The notes below the pieces were generated by a model. That model was not told the DNA's origin. It did no database searches and saw nothing but the letters and a program-made list of their open reading frames with translations. From the NCBI GenBank assembly GCA_964035545.1, contig OZ037769.1, forward strand, positions 4,197,929 to 4,261,928: a DNA stretch of 64,000 nt. Reading direction: 5' to 3'. The translations under genes and the position numbers were made by a program. Within the stretch, counting starts at the first letter, position 1; each line of letters opens with the position of its first letter. This DNA is from Bugula neritina (lineage: Eukaryota > Animalia > Bryozoa). Shown here piece after piece: positions 1 to 14,636 of the stretch.

Positions 1-3000
1 GTCATGCATATGATCACTGAGATATTTATGACAATCTCTCAATATACCTTAGCATATTAAATATGCTTGTAGTTATAGCTATTACTATAGTTGTTATATA
101 TGCTACTAACTAACAAGCAATAACCGTATTACAAACATAGGTGAATGAGAAAAATAATTCAATAGTGGTGATATCAGTATGGGTATTATAATTTAGCAAT
201 TGGCATAAAAATTAAAAATGATGAATGTAATGATGGTTAAAGTTATTAGATACCTAAACTTATACCTATATTAATTAAAACAGTGACTTGTTGAAATATA
301 AATAAATTAATATTCATTAAAACTTCATTGAATTAAAAGATAATTTTGAAGCAAAATGAACAGTTAAAATAAATTTATTCACAATAATTTTAACCCTTTA
401 TGATCAACCTTAAAATTAAAACTCAAGTATTTGTAGCAAAGTTTTGAATAAAGTTGGATTTTGCAACGGTTTGAGATACTTTCACTAGCACTATGTGCAT
501 AACTGTATAAGTTTCATCATATTGATACAGTTACATACTCATACTCAAATATATAGTAACATTCTCAATAAATCAGGTATTAGTATTGAGATTGCGTTGG
601 TCGAGATAACATCATGGTTACTCACTTATGGTTGTATACTTTAGCTTATACTTCTAGTTAAATGTACTACTGCCCTATTATTAAACTTAATCTTAGTCTG
701 TCATCACTTAGAAAACATAGTTCAGTCTTGAGGCAAATCAGTTTGAGTGTCGTTAGTTTCATTACCAGTAGTCATTAGATTTAGTCAGTGCACTTGAAAT
801 TTATTGATCAATATTACCATCAAATTTAAGTGACTATTATTATGAATACTATATCCATCAAATATCAAAAACTGCAAACTTAATAAGTATGATTAAGAAA
901 ATCACAGCCAACATGGCGATGATTGAATTGTATGCTCGTGCTATTGAGATTCCTAACATAAAGGTTAACCTCACATAATGATTAGATAACAATCATATTC
1001 AATTTTTCATTACTGCCATTTGTTAGGAAAAGCATCCAGTCATAATTGCTCCTATGCTCCAAATAAATAATTCCTTAGCCCCATTTAACAAAAAAACCTT
1101 TCCCATCAGGGGTTTCTCACAGGGATGCCAACTATAAACTTGCACAAGTTTTATTTAATAGTAAATTAATTTACTTATATAAAAATTATTACATTCACAG
1201 TGATACATTGATGGTCATAATATTTTATATATCAATATCATCATTATGATACAATTATCACTATTACTATTAGTATTACTATATGATAACTTATCAATAA
1301 AACTTCATAAAGTTCATGAAAAACATTAAATATAACAATTTAATCAAAACTAAATCAATGCCAAAGGGCAAGGTAGAGTCAAAATTAAATAAGCTATAGG
1401 GCGTAGGCTATAAGTATAAGTATAATTATCACTATAAAACTAAGTGACTGATGAGTTGGTACTTGGTAGCATAAACATAAAATGAGCATAAACAAACATA
1501 AACTAAAACACCATTACATATATGATTTATGACCCTTAGGTTTCTACTTTTAATTTTAGCTTTACCTTGTCTTTTGGCATTGGTTATTGTATTAGTTTAG
1601 GTTACACCACTATCAATTACTATGACTATGAATATGAGTGAGTAGCCTTGCCCGTAGAACTAGGAGTAGGAGTAGATCACTAGTAGTAGAAGTATGGGTA
1701 TCGGGGTATGACTATAAGTATAACTCATAGTCACAGTATGAGTATCTTACTGAAAGTGATACTCATAAACCTAAAGTGATAATCATAATGATACTCAGCA
1801 TAACATGTAAGGTGTATGATACTCAGTCTCAGTTATACAGAGTAGAATATCAAACTTTAAGTTTAACTGCTACTTTAAAGTAGGACTTAGACATCACCAT
1901 TTATGGGTATGTCATACCGTCATAGACTATAGACATAGTATAAGGTTCTAATACTATAAGCATAACTATTACTATTAGTATTACTACTATAAGTATAAGT
2001 CTTTAAGTTTAAGTATAACTATATTTACTATTGATCAATTTCGATTTGATACTATCACTATTAGTATTAGTATTACACTTTACAGTATTACTATTAGTAT
2101 TAGTTGGTCCCATACTGATAGTGATACTCATATCACTACCATTATGATTATCATAATCATTATGATTATGATTAAGAGTACTACAGTGATAGTTATACCC
2201 ACATTTATGCTGATTACTAATTTAATATCACTCTAATCAGTAACTGTTATCACTATGACTATCAGTGAATTATTTATCATTTTATGATTTTATCATAGTC
2301 ATAATGAAACTGATTGAGTGATACTTATAGTAATAGTTATAGCTATACTGGCAGTGATACTGATAGTGATACTGATAGACTTAGACTTAGAGTGAGAGTC
2401 AGAGAGAGAGTGATATTCATATTTATAAATATGATTATTATTATTATAAGTATAACATTAACTAAGAGTAAGAGCAAATGTAATGTCTAATCGTGACATT
2501 ATAACTATTACCATTAGTGCATTCGTATTAGTATTACTATTAGTAGTAGTATTACTAATAATTATTAATCTATTTTTCAATAATAACCATGCATATGCCC
2601 TAGCCTATAAGTTTGAGTACGCCTATGGTATTCCTAATTTAAATTGGATCTTTGGGTCATTTGATCAAAGGAGCAGCGGACTCCGATTAGGCATTGGACC
2701 TTGGGGCGAGGTTCAAGTAAAACCGATATTCGGTCAAAACAGGTCTAGTCTATCATAGTGGCCAGTAATTTATCTGCGCAAGCTTACTCGCCTCTTGTGT
2801 TCATAATAAATTCGGCCTAACTGCTCCGCAAATGGGGCGATAATCATAAGTTTCATAATAATATATTATTAGAGACTAATTTAGTATGTACAGTATACAC
2901 ATGTTAGTAATTACAATCTAGTTCCATTCTTCAAGAAAACCCATTACGAATCAGGTTGGTACTATTGCTATTAGGTTGATAATATTATTAGTAAAACAAT

Positions 3001-3750
3001 GTGCTCATTTTTGATATAAATTATTATTACTACTAGTACAGTAGACGTAGTAGTACTAGTAGTAGTAGTAGTAGTACAGTAGTACTAGTAGTAGTAGTAG
3101 TACTCTAGTTACTAGTAGTAGTACTAGTAGACCTACTAGTAGTTCTGATGTCTAATACCTTAATAGTTAGTTATTACTATTACTGATTACTCAATTAGTA
3201 TTACCAGTAGGTAGTAAGAGTAAGTCTAATCTAATGCTGTAATAGATAATTTTTATGACTATCACTACGCCCTATGACTATGAGTTGGTATCAAGTTATA
3301 TTTCATTATTAATTGATTATGCGTTTGTTTACTAAGAAAAATCTAATGGTAGTCTCAGTCCGTTAACTTATATTTAGTTATAATCACTTACAGTACTGAT
3401 TCTTTCTCTTTCAATTTGGAACTTCGTTGTTTTCTGTTCCAATAATTATAATCATAATGCAATAAATTTAAAAGTTACCCAGTGTGAGTGACTAACTAAC
3501 TACAATTTAGGTTCATTCTTGATGAAAACACTATGAGTATAACTATAAGTATTTACTCACTTATAATCGACGCAATAGTAATAAAAAGAAGTTTTGCAAT
3601 GAATTGGGATCCTAGCCTGGAGCTGGTGAAATTGCATATAGCTAATTAACACGGGGTATATTATGTTTCTGAATATTATTATATGTATTTAACTGTTAAG
3701 AATGTAGTGAACAATATTGGTGTATAGATAATTAGGGTTCACTATTACTA
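1..3750. repeat. Cryptically simple hexamer-periodic tract containing a GC-richer island (about 2670-2840) and an (AGT)n-like array (about 3030-3145)
   Basis: For example AGTATG ACTATA AGTATA ACTCAT AGTCAC AGTATG AGTATC, and ATAGTG ATACTG ATAGAC TTAGAC TTAGAG. Confidence 0.7.
1014..1152 (+). mobile_element. 5'-truncated copy of the SINE
   Basis: TTAGGAAAAGCATCCAGTCATAATTGCTCC..ATCAGGGGGTTTCTCACAGGGATG..ACTATAAACTTG. Confidence 0.8.
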
Positions 3751-3867
3751 TGAGTGTCCTAGTCATAGTTGAAAATAAGATGTTCATAATGGTCATTCTC
3801 AAAATATAAAAATATATGCATAACCATTAACAAGTTGAAAATATTTGTTTAAAATGATTTATAGACC

Positions 3868-6800
3868 ATGGATAACGATGAATAAAGCTATTCAGTCTGT
3901 TTATCCCAACTTGAGGCTTTGGCAGAAAAAGGTATCGAGGAAGATAAAATCAAAAATGGTACTGAAACAATTTGCAACTTGAAAAACGATGATTGAAAAG
4001 GCGTCAAGAAAGTAAGTGCATGTTATACTAACTATGATGAGTTTTGTAGCTTGGTTTTTAATCAGTTTTCTCCATACACAATATTGAATTTGTTCAATCT
4101 TTTAGAATTGTCACAAACCTGTTAGACCAAGCTGAAAATATAAGTGATGAGTTGAAAAAAGCTGCCTCAGAGCAATTGACAGGTTATTTTTACATCTATT
4201 CTAAAGAAAAGTTCTGGTGAATACATAAATGTTGTTTTTGTACTGGCACAATTTTTGCTGCACAATTTTGATATGTTCATTTTAGATTTTGATAAACATA
4301 ACCATCACACAATGATCCTAAATGTTGTAGTACTGTAAATGGCGAAAATGAAAAATTATTGCGTGAACGTAAAGTTTCCTACCTAATTTTGTATTTTAGC
4401 CACCTAATCAACTTGTAAAAACACGAATAAATAATATTAAGTCCAAATTAGGCTTTTTACAGCCAATAAGCACCTGATAATATTCATGTATTTATGGCTC
4501 ATAGAATGTAATGAATTGTACATACAACTTCTTTATCTCACTTTCAAAATACTGTCAGACACCTATATATATGCTAACTTTTTTACTACAATTTAAGGCT
4601 GTTTATGTTTTCAGATGTTCAACAATTGTTAGAACTCCTTGAGCAGTATGCCCGACAGCCTCAAAGAGCACCAATGTATATAGAGGCTACCTCAGTTAAA
4701 TGGGACAAAATCCGATCAATTCTTCATAGGAATACAATTACTGGCATGGGAACTAGGAAACTCTTGATTAGTAGGTAATTTTTAGTAACTTTTATTTTAA
4801 TTAACCAGCCATCACCAATTTTAGGTGTTGTTACTATTATTTTGCATTTTTTATACCCAACAATTTATAATGTGTTGTTTTAAGCTAAAACACTGTTTTA
4901 GCTTGTAATCTATGTTTTAGGTGAAAGGCTGTCTCTACTCCCATCAACTTGCCAATTGTGTAACAATACAATGGTTAAAAAATTTGTAGCTTACACCCTC
5001 AAAGTCATCTCTATAATCAATGGTAAATTATTCAAATTGTCCAATCAAATTCTAAAAAATATTTGGGTCATTTGTGTTTCAAATAATCGCTAGTATTTTA
5101 TATTATATTTAAGTGAAGTGAAATTATTGGTCATCTATGTTTATTCAATCAGTTGTCAATTATGCATTTATCTGTTACATGATAACTTCTAGAGTATACA
5201 TATAATTTCTTAACATTTTTGCCTTATTTAGCTATTGTTATAATTTGCTTCTCACAATTTCATATATTGACACTATCTTTTTTCTAGGGCGCACTGAAAC
5301 GGTGATTCTCCTTATTGTGAGCTATGCTCATGGACACGTGTTCAAGTGAGTGAAAATTTTCCTAAACTCAGGCTGTGGCCACTAACTCCCCAAGGAAAAG
5401 TATTCGTGACCTTCAGTTATTTGTTACACATCAGCACCTTACAGCATCATTCTCCAACTTTAAGCATGAAACGCTTGTTCTCTAGTCTAAAGTTCTTGGC
5501 AGTATTGGATGGCAGGGTTAATTTTATTAGTTTTTAATGCTTTCGAACACATTTGTTCATTTACTATTTGTTCACTGTTAAAATGTAGCATTCATTTATA
5601 AGCTTTTTATAATCGTAAATTTGCATGCTAAAAGAAGTTAGCATAATTTATTACTCCCCTGCACAGTTTTACTGGATGTGGATGCTTAACATCAAAGATG
5701 GCTTTTACTGGGCAGTGAACCCATGACTACTGGCTTACTAAACCAGATTTCTAAACCCTAGGCCACAGCTGCTCCTTGTAATGAAATTTATATCTATTTG
5801 TATTATATTTTAGACCATTGGAAATGAAGATCATTTCTTTTTAGTCTGTTTGCTAACCACTAATAGACTATCAAAAGAACTATGAAACTAGAGGAAAACA
5901 AAATAATGTTGTACAAATTTGAAGCTCAGAAAGTGTGGGTAGGTGTTAAATGCTATGAAAAACCTAAAATCTCCAGTATCTACTTGAGCAGATGTCTAAT
6001 CTGTAGTGAGCACCATTGTAGTACGTAATCTATTGTTTTGTGTTCACTAAGTTTAAATTCCGATTAACTATTCCAGAGGCTATCGCAAAATGCTGCTCTC
6101 TGATGTAATGCTGAAGAGGCAACCATGCATTAAAACCAGCTGAACATATGTAGGAATAGACGCATATTTTCATGTGATGTTAGTTGAACAATTATTCAGT
6201 GTAGGTTTTGAATTATTTGAGTTCAATGCTGTAAATGTATCATGTTATGTTTCATGTATTATTTTTAGTCACTTGTTAATTTTGCATCAAATAACTTTAC
6301 AAAAATAGTAGTAAATTATTATAATGGTACGCAATATCGTTAAAATGCTACAGTAGCAAGTGGCAGAGACTCGGCATGTATAGCTAATTTTGATATTGCT
6401 AGGTCTCTCTCTGCCTCCCCCCCCCCCCTCTCTCTAGGCCTCCCCTATTTCTTTCTTCATCTTTCAATTGAGAGTAAAGCAGCTGTCTTGGTCACCAACT
6501 ATTTCCCATTCTGTACACTTGGCCTAACCATCTCAGACTCTGCAAAACTTGTTGGTCATATTGCCAGAAACTTAAAAATCTGTTTCAATGTAGAAAGCAG
6601 ACCTGGCAGCCATTGGTTCATTGTTTATAGTTTGATAAAGGGCTTCATAGCTTGTTGATAATTGTTTTGACCCTAAAGGTGGCTAATTCATATTTAATGT
6701 TGGCTGATCTTGTTTGTATTTTCCCAAAACTTCATAATTCATATTTGGTATTTTTGATTGTCATTTTAATGGTTAGTGTATAATATTCTCATGTACTATT

Positions 6801-8116
6801 ATTTCTTTTTAGTGTTGAAGGAAAGTTGCCCGATCCATCTTTCACCAGGAAAACTAAGAGCTCCGATATTTGAATTATAGCATAGAAGAGGTTAGCACAA
6901 GGGTTTTCTACACCAGTTCAGGTAAACTGGCTACATGATAATGGTGCAAGGTTTTAAACTTACTATCATTCCATTTTGATTTTGCATTATGGGAATGGAT
7001 GCTCATACATATGGACTTGTGCTTGTGGTTTGCATTTACTTATGGTTGGGGTCTCATCTTTCCAAACATATTTTAATGAAAAATCAATTTGGAAATGCAA
7101 TGCTTGGTAACTTAGTGTATAACATCAATCATATTTAGTGAAAATACTTAGTTTTTTCACATCTGCTCCAGTTTAACAATATGCTGCTGTGATAGACTTT
7201 TTAGTACAGGTCTGAAATCACCTATATAACCCCATTGAAAATGTAAATTAGCATTTGGAAATGAATTATTCTTTTAATAATGTGTCACAAGCAGCCAATT
7301 ATATACATTATTTTCGCTTTCTGTAAGCGTTTTATTAGGTGTTGCATTTTTGGTGTTTTAGGATTTGAGATTGACTTCAAAACTCCAATTTGCAACATTT
7401 TAGGAATGTCATGTCTAAATATTTATTTGTTAGGTTTACCAGGAACGTACCAGATCATTTCTAGGGGTTATTTAGTGCAATTCTGCATTTAGATCATGTA
7501 AACATCCACTCAAGTTAGTGCATTGACAAATTCACAATAGTGGTAAAAACCAGGTTCATATTACGTTGTCATTATGTTGCAGCAAGTAACCTCTGATGTA
7601 AATTTATGTTTACAACCTATCAATATGCTCTGACCTACAGTCTTTATTGCCATTCAAGGTGTTCCTCACTGCTGGTCAACCCCATTAACCCCCAACTTAC
7701 TGCCTACATAGAAGACTGTCTACTCTCCCTTCATTGTACATAGCTCATACAATAATTTGGATATTTGCTTTTGCAGATTCATTACATAAAATACCAGCCA
7801 TTGTGCTAAAAAGTAAAGTTTTGTTGTAGTCTCATCTACTAGTACTCATAGTTCTACCACAAGTGTTATGTTTTTTATGAAATTTTTGTTTTGAGGTTTT
7901 TCAGTTTCACTAATTACTGCTTTAATGGTCATTGTCAATCGATTTCTGGTATAGAAACAAGTTGTTTCAGAAAAGCTGTACATATAAATTCTTAATTCCC
8001 CATGTTATTTTTATTATTGTAGATATCTTGGTCTGCCTCCCAGTTTGCTCCTGATAAGTGGTGAAGAAATCGGCTGATATGTAGATGCATTAGTGGAGAA
8101 ATTGAGATAGACTAAG
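3868..8116 (+). mobile_element. Decayed intron-containing KDZ (Kyakuja-Dileera-Zisupton)-type transposase gene with a CxC3-like cysteine cluster; may extend to about 17 kb
   Basis: Spliced exons 4616-4774 (..KWDKIRSILHR..), 4921-5022 (LLPSTCQLCNN..LKVISIING), 5288-5516 (GRTETVI/PYCELCSW..LWPLTP..FSYLL..HSPTLSMKRLFSSLKFLAVLDGR, one frameshift) match the CxxC..INGR..P.CxxC..W..WP.T..P.LS..GR pattern I recall for KDZ-associated CxC3 regions. A later exon at about 8023-8116 reads ..ISGEEIG*YVDALVEKL (GE..Y motif). Stops and frameshifts are present. Confidence 0.6.
5655..5776 (-). mobile_element. Partial SINE copy (tRNA head plus core)
   Basis: Similar to 15800-15907. Confidence 0.65.
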
Positions 8117-8350
8117 GTCTTTAATTTTCCTAATTATCGCAATAACATAACTTTTCTTGCTAAGTTTATAACCTGTATAATACATGTTTTTCTCAATTTT
8201 CATATCACTTCACTTGCCTCAGGAAATGACACTAACTTTGAACCTAAGCATTCTAAGTGCTTGAATCTTTCACAGCAAATAATTATTATACAAATTATTC
8301 TCAGTCACTGAATAAAGGATTTGTGAGATTCATGCTGATTGTCTTATTTA

Positions 8351-8492
8351 ATACTTCTCTATTGCTCTTATAAAAATTACAGCTTTTAATTGTTGAAATA
8401 TTTACAGTTAATAATTAAAGGGGTGAGCCCATCATCCGTTGTTTAGCCTCAGCATCATAACTCTATAGAGGCTGCTAATTCACTGAATACCA
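8351..8492 (+). repeat. Dispersed repeat of about 140 bp, inverted copy at about 11907-12050
   Basis: ATACTTCTCTATTGCTCTTATAAAAATTACAGC..GTTGTTTAGCCTCAGCATC..GCTGCTAATTCACT is the reverse complement of 11907-12050. Confidence 0.85.
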
Positions 8493-11400
8493 GGTTATTC
8501 TAGTTTATGTTTACATAACTGGTATGACCATATCTTAGTTTAATATATGCAGCTTGAATTTTTTAAAGTCGAAGAGCTATAATAAAGTTCTAGCTAAGAT
8601 TTTATAGTTCAAAGCATAATGAATATACTGATATTATAAACTGCTGGCTCAGCCACTTGCCCAGTTTACATGTTGGTAACCCACTGCAGCATGAACTCTG
8701 ACGCTAATGTGCTTTGACATTTTAGTTTATAAAACATTGATTTGTGATGTACATTTTGATGTGCACTTGCAGAAATTGAGGAGCTGTTGATAAAGGTTGA
8801 TCAATGCTTGGCCAGCCATAATATAATTGCTGTATGAAGATATACTAGTTCTCCCAGTTATAGCATGTACATACTTACTAGTAATAAGTGAATTTCCAGA
8901 CAACCTATTTAATGAAGCAACCGCAAATGATAATAGCAGCAACAAGTGTTGGTAATAAAATCTGAATAGGAATTGCACATAGCTGTTAATTAGTTCACAC
9001 AATGCTCTTATCACTTGAGTAACACAAACAAGTAGCCCATGCCAGCAACTGCTAGTAGGTTTCAGAACATAAATTTGCTATAGTGGATGGCTTTGGAATG
9101 ATGAAAGTCATGAATACTCGAAGTGCTACAGTGATCAGCTTACAATTATGAAAGTTTGCACATAATATGATATCTAATTCCTATTTTAATGATGAAATTC
9201 AAACTTGACATTCCTTGATATGTTTTCTCTAATATCTTTCTTTGTTTTTCGAAATTATGTTTATGCTCTTCACAATTTGGTCAAAACGTACACCATTTTT
9301 CAAGTTTCACTGCAATTATCTAAATTCTTCATATAGTGGTTCTAGTTACGCTCCTGTGACTAATTATAACGTTCCTAGTACGTTTGCTGCTCTGTGCGCT
9401 ATCACAATAACATATAGTACCCTCTCGCACAAATTGGCAATATATTGGATATCTGCCAATGTAATGTACCCTATTTTACATTAGCAGTTAGTTGCATCTT
9501 CTCACCATGTTACAATCTGTTGAAAATGCCTCAGCAAAACATAGTTCTTCGTTTGTTTGGCAGAGTTAATTTCAGCTAAATCACCTCACTTCACTTTGCA
9601 GTCTTGTCAGTAAAGGTCTGTCTATAGTGCAGCAGGTGCACTTTCAGTTTCTCTAACTCACATATAATTCATTTATGTACATTGTATTCCATAAAATCAA
9701 TTTAAGGTTTAGCCCATGCAGTGTTCAGTAACTAATTAGTATGCATGTATGTTGTCCTCCTGTTGAATAATAATATTTCAAAATAGCCATATTTATTATG
9801 CATGAGTAGGATTTGCATAAGTTGACAAAAAAATTTGCCACAGAGTAGGGTTGAACCACCACCAACAAACACATCACTGGCGCCTTTAACCTCTGGACCA
9901 CACAGCCATCATGAATAGTATGAGCACTATATTAGAAACTATCATTACATAAATATTTGGAGCCTCAAAATATGGGTTTTAATTATTAGGCTGTCAATTA
10001 ATGTTGACTATAGCAGTGGCTAGCTATTTTCATAAACTGTTGCAATAGTCTCGGGTTACTAGCAAAGCTAATGGTTTTGAACAAATAACCCAAAAGTTAA
10101 AAAATAAGTATAGCTTGCATATTACTAGCTACAAAAACAGGTCTGAAATAGACTGGTAAAGCATGCTCTTGCCTATTATTGTAGAGTTTGCAGATGTGCT
10201 CCAAAATAAAACTTGAACTGTATGTTATTACATAAGTATTTGTATGCAAAAGAGTGATGGACAAAACTGAGTTTTTGGAAAACAACATACTTGAAGTAAA
10301 CTTTGACAATGGTGTGTTTTTTCTTCATAGACTAGCACAGTTATAGGGCCTATAGCATAACTCTCTAATCATATGAATGTTTATGAAGCCCACAGCTCCT
10401 GTAAGGGTGGCATTGTAATTTGAAACTAAAAATTATGTTGCTGCATTGTGTTTAAGGTATATTATGGAGCAAAATTTGGTGTTGGTAGCCTACCCCAACT
10501 GGCAGTTGTATATAATAAGTACTGATAATAGCAAGGTTAGTATGACCACGTGCTGGCTCTCTGCAGTGTGTATATAACTAACCTCTTGAATAATTGCGCC
10601 AATTTTAAACTCTTGGAAGTTGGCCAAGTTAACAGATCACAGCCAGCCACAGGAGACAAAGCATTACAGCTAGCCATATATTATATACTGATGCACTTGG
10701 TAGCAGAGTGGCTAATCTAATATAGTTCATATTTCAACACCCTTTACTTTGGGAATACAGCCTCTTTTTTTAGGTTTACCTAACAAACTATGAAAATATT
10801 TAAACTAATATTCTGATAATTTAGAGGTACATTTTAAAAACTAGGTTAATTGCACTTGTTTGCGCAACAACAATAATAAAATATATATTATGCGCAATAT
10901 GATAAAAAACACATGATACTATATTATAATATATTATAATGATAATAATATATTATTATAGGTACCATTACTGTATTTAATAACTCTGATGGTTGCCAAA
11001 AAAATGTATCACACCAATTCTGTAATTACATCAAAGATTATGATAAGAAAATAGAACTAGCTAGGCAGCAGGTTGGAATATAGAGTATCAGTGGAACATT
11101 GTTCATATAGAACGTAAAGCACCTGGCAAACAGCCAGAAACTGAAAAGCACGACCTCAAACTAACTGTGAATTAAATTGATCAACATAAGCTTTGAGCTA
11201 GAATGCTGTTAAAATTCATATACAAACTGCAATAAAAAGGATTGAATGGCCAGTTGAGATAATTTCATGCTTTGAATATATATTATATTCTAATTGTCAC
11301 CATTTAGGTGCATGCAGTAACTATATAAATAATAAAACTGAGCTTGCCTAATAAGTTCTAGTTTACGTTGCTCATATAAATTCTTGTGAAAACATAAACT

Positions 11401-13823
11401 CTTTTGCTACGTTTCAACATGAACATAATATGTTCATGTATATGTTCTAGTATATTATACTAGAACACTAGAATACTCGAACATGCTTTATCTGTTAACT
11501 TTGAAATTGCAGTAACCATCAGTCAAAAAATGCATCTATAGCAGTTCAAGGAAAAAAGTTTTAAAAATAATAAATCATGCTTATATTGTATTAGATTATT
11601 TATTAATATATTATATATATGTATATAGACGTGTGTGTGCGCGTGTATCTATAAGGACCTATAACAATAATAAACATATAGAAAACACAAAGCCAAAATT
11701 GTCTTCTTTCAATGATATATTTTTAATGATGCTGAGGAAGAAGTTGATAATGCAACTCCTAAAAGCATATGTTGCTCAATGTTTTTTTTTGTATCTGCCA
11801 ATACTTGTATGTGGTTGCCAACATGTATTTTAAGTTAAATCTTTGCAAATGTTGTTTAGCCTCAGCATATTACAACTCTATTATAGGGGCAGCTAATTCT
11901 CTAAATGGTATTTAGTGAATTAGCAGCCTTTATAGAGTTGTGATGCTGAGGCTAAACAACAGATGGTGGGCTCGCCCCTTTAATTATTAACTGTAAATAT
12001 TTCAACAATTGAATAAGCTGTAATTTTTATAAGAGCAATAGAGAAGTATAATATATGCTTGCTCATGTTTATGTTCACGCATGCGTGTGGATGTCTGTGC
12101 AAGAACACAACATGGCACATACTGAGATCGATATGTGCCATGAATTGTGTTAGTTTATATGCATGGCGTATGGCATGGCGACATAGTCACAAGAGTTTGT
12201 TATGCAAGTGCAGGCTAAAAAATAATATTCTATATAATAAAAAAGTGTTATAAGTTATTTTATTGCAAATAAATGGTATGTGATAATAAATTGCATAGCA
12301 TAGCAAAAAATGCTGCACATGTATAGTTACCACTAATCAAAAATATTAAATTATATTCATATATTTTAAATAGCATGCATGAATGCAAGATTTTAACTCA
12401 AATGTGAAACAAATTTTACTATAGTGTTGTATTTCAATGGGTTACAGATATTTACTAAAATGTCAAAAATTATAGGTCGACTCAATTTTCATCTGTGCCA
12501 TTTGCTCATTTTCTAAATTCTACGTAATAATTTATATGTGCATCTATAGGTGTGAAATAGAATGGTTACATGTGCCTGTACAACTGGTAAAAGTATAGTA
12601 AAACAAGAAAAGAATTAATGTTTACAAGCAAATAAATTACTATTGAAATTCAATTTTGGGCATTATAAAGCTTTCCATATGCAATATTGTTTTACATTTA
12701 TTCATATGCCAAAAATTATTTATATATATATATTTCTTAAAATTATATTTTCTCTCATCAGCTTGAAAATTGTTTTTTTATATAAAAGAGTTTGAGAGTT
12801 TATATTAATAAACCAAAAACTGTTATAACATTTTAATTTTTTACAAGAGTGTATGAATTATGGTGGCATTCAGTCTGCAAAACTATTATTTAATGAGAAG
12901 ACAATTATGTTTTAATCATGCAGATAGATTCAAGGAGTTATAAACATATATGAATTGAAATAGAGTGAGAAGACAATTATGCTTCAAGTAAAACTATAAG
13001 ACCAAGTTCCTATCCAATAGATACAGTGATATGAGCCTTTCTCTAGAACAAAGTCTAAAAGGAGTGGATTTATATCAAAAAGTCAGACCTGCATCTATTA
13101 AGATTTTTCATTCAAAAGTGATAAATTTTGTTAATTTTTATTCATAACTCATAGCTTTTGAAATATTTTGGAAGAAAATATTTTTTCAAAATACAGTTAC
13201 TGCTAAGAATATCTGTATTGATATCACCCCTAACTTTATCCACCACTTGTTCTAATTGCTATAATCATCACCTAGCCAATGAAATTAAACTGGCTGTAGC
13301 TACAGCCAATCAATTACTCATAACGATTGCGCCTCGTTAGGCGAACATTGATGACCATTTCTATATAACTCAATACAAAGCCCATTACCACTGATTGACC
13401 CGAAGTTCTCTACGACTTCTATAGTGGTATAGGATAATAGATATACTGAATTTTACACATAATCTGACAGCTAACAGACAGTGTGACAAGCTAAAGCAGT
13501 ACTGAGAAACTAGAAGCTAAGCTATAGGCAGCAAGAAATCATCTCATGTTGTTTATAACTGTCACAGAGTGGAGTGGCCTGGTACAAACTATGCCATTGT
13601 GGTTCTGGCAAGAAGCTTTAGTCATAAGTAATTGTGTGCAGTCGAATTTCTACATGCAAATATGATTGATGGCTATTAAAGTTTTTGACCATTTGAGTGA
13701 TTTTAAGAACTTGATCTATTGGCGAGATTAAAATGTTACCAACCAGTAAATGACAGTATTATATTGGCTAATAACAATTAATGTCAGTTAACTATAATAG
13801 CTAGATTGAAGGACACACACGGT

Positions 13824-14460
<637 letters not shown>

Positions 14461-14497
14461 GTAAAGATATATGTAAAGATATATGTAAAGATATATT

Positions 14498-14582
<85 letters not shown>
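14461..14582. repeat. (GTAAAGATATAT)x3 followed by (TA)n
   Basis: Direct reading. Confidence 0.95.
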
Positions 14583-14586
<4 letters not shown>

Positions 14587-14590
14587 CAAT

Positions 14591-14636
14591 CTGTGGACAG
14601 CAGCTGTTTTGGGATTTGTTCCCCCCATCAGCACAG
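14591..14636 (-). ncRNA. Decayed type I hammerhead-ribozyme motif
   Basis: Minus strand: ctgtg-CTGATGG-ggggaacaaatccc-AAAA-cagctgctg-TC-cacag. All three stems can form; the core has A9>G and G12>A. Confidence 0.6.

Noticed and set aside
2483-2758. 91-aa ORF with an apparent transmembrane segment (similarly 47490-47690 and 42884-43144)
   Set aside because: Hydrophobicity arises from the periodic A/T-rich low-complexity DNA; no splice or homology support.
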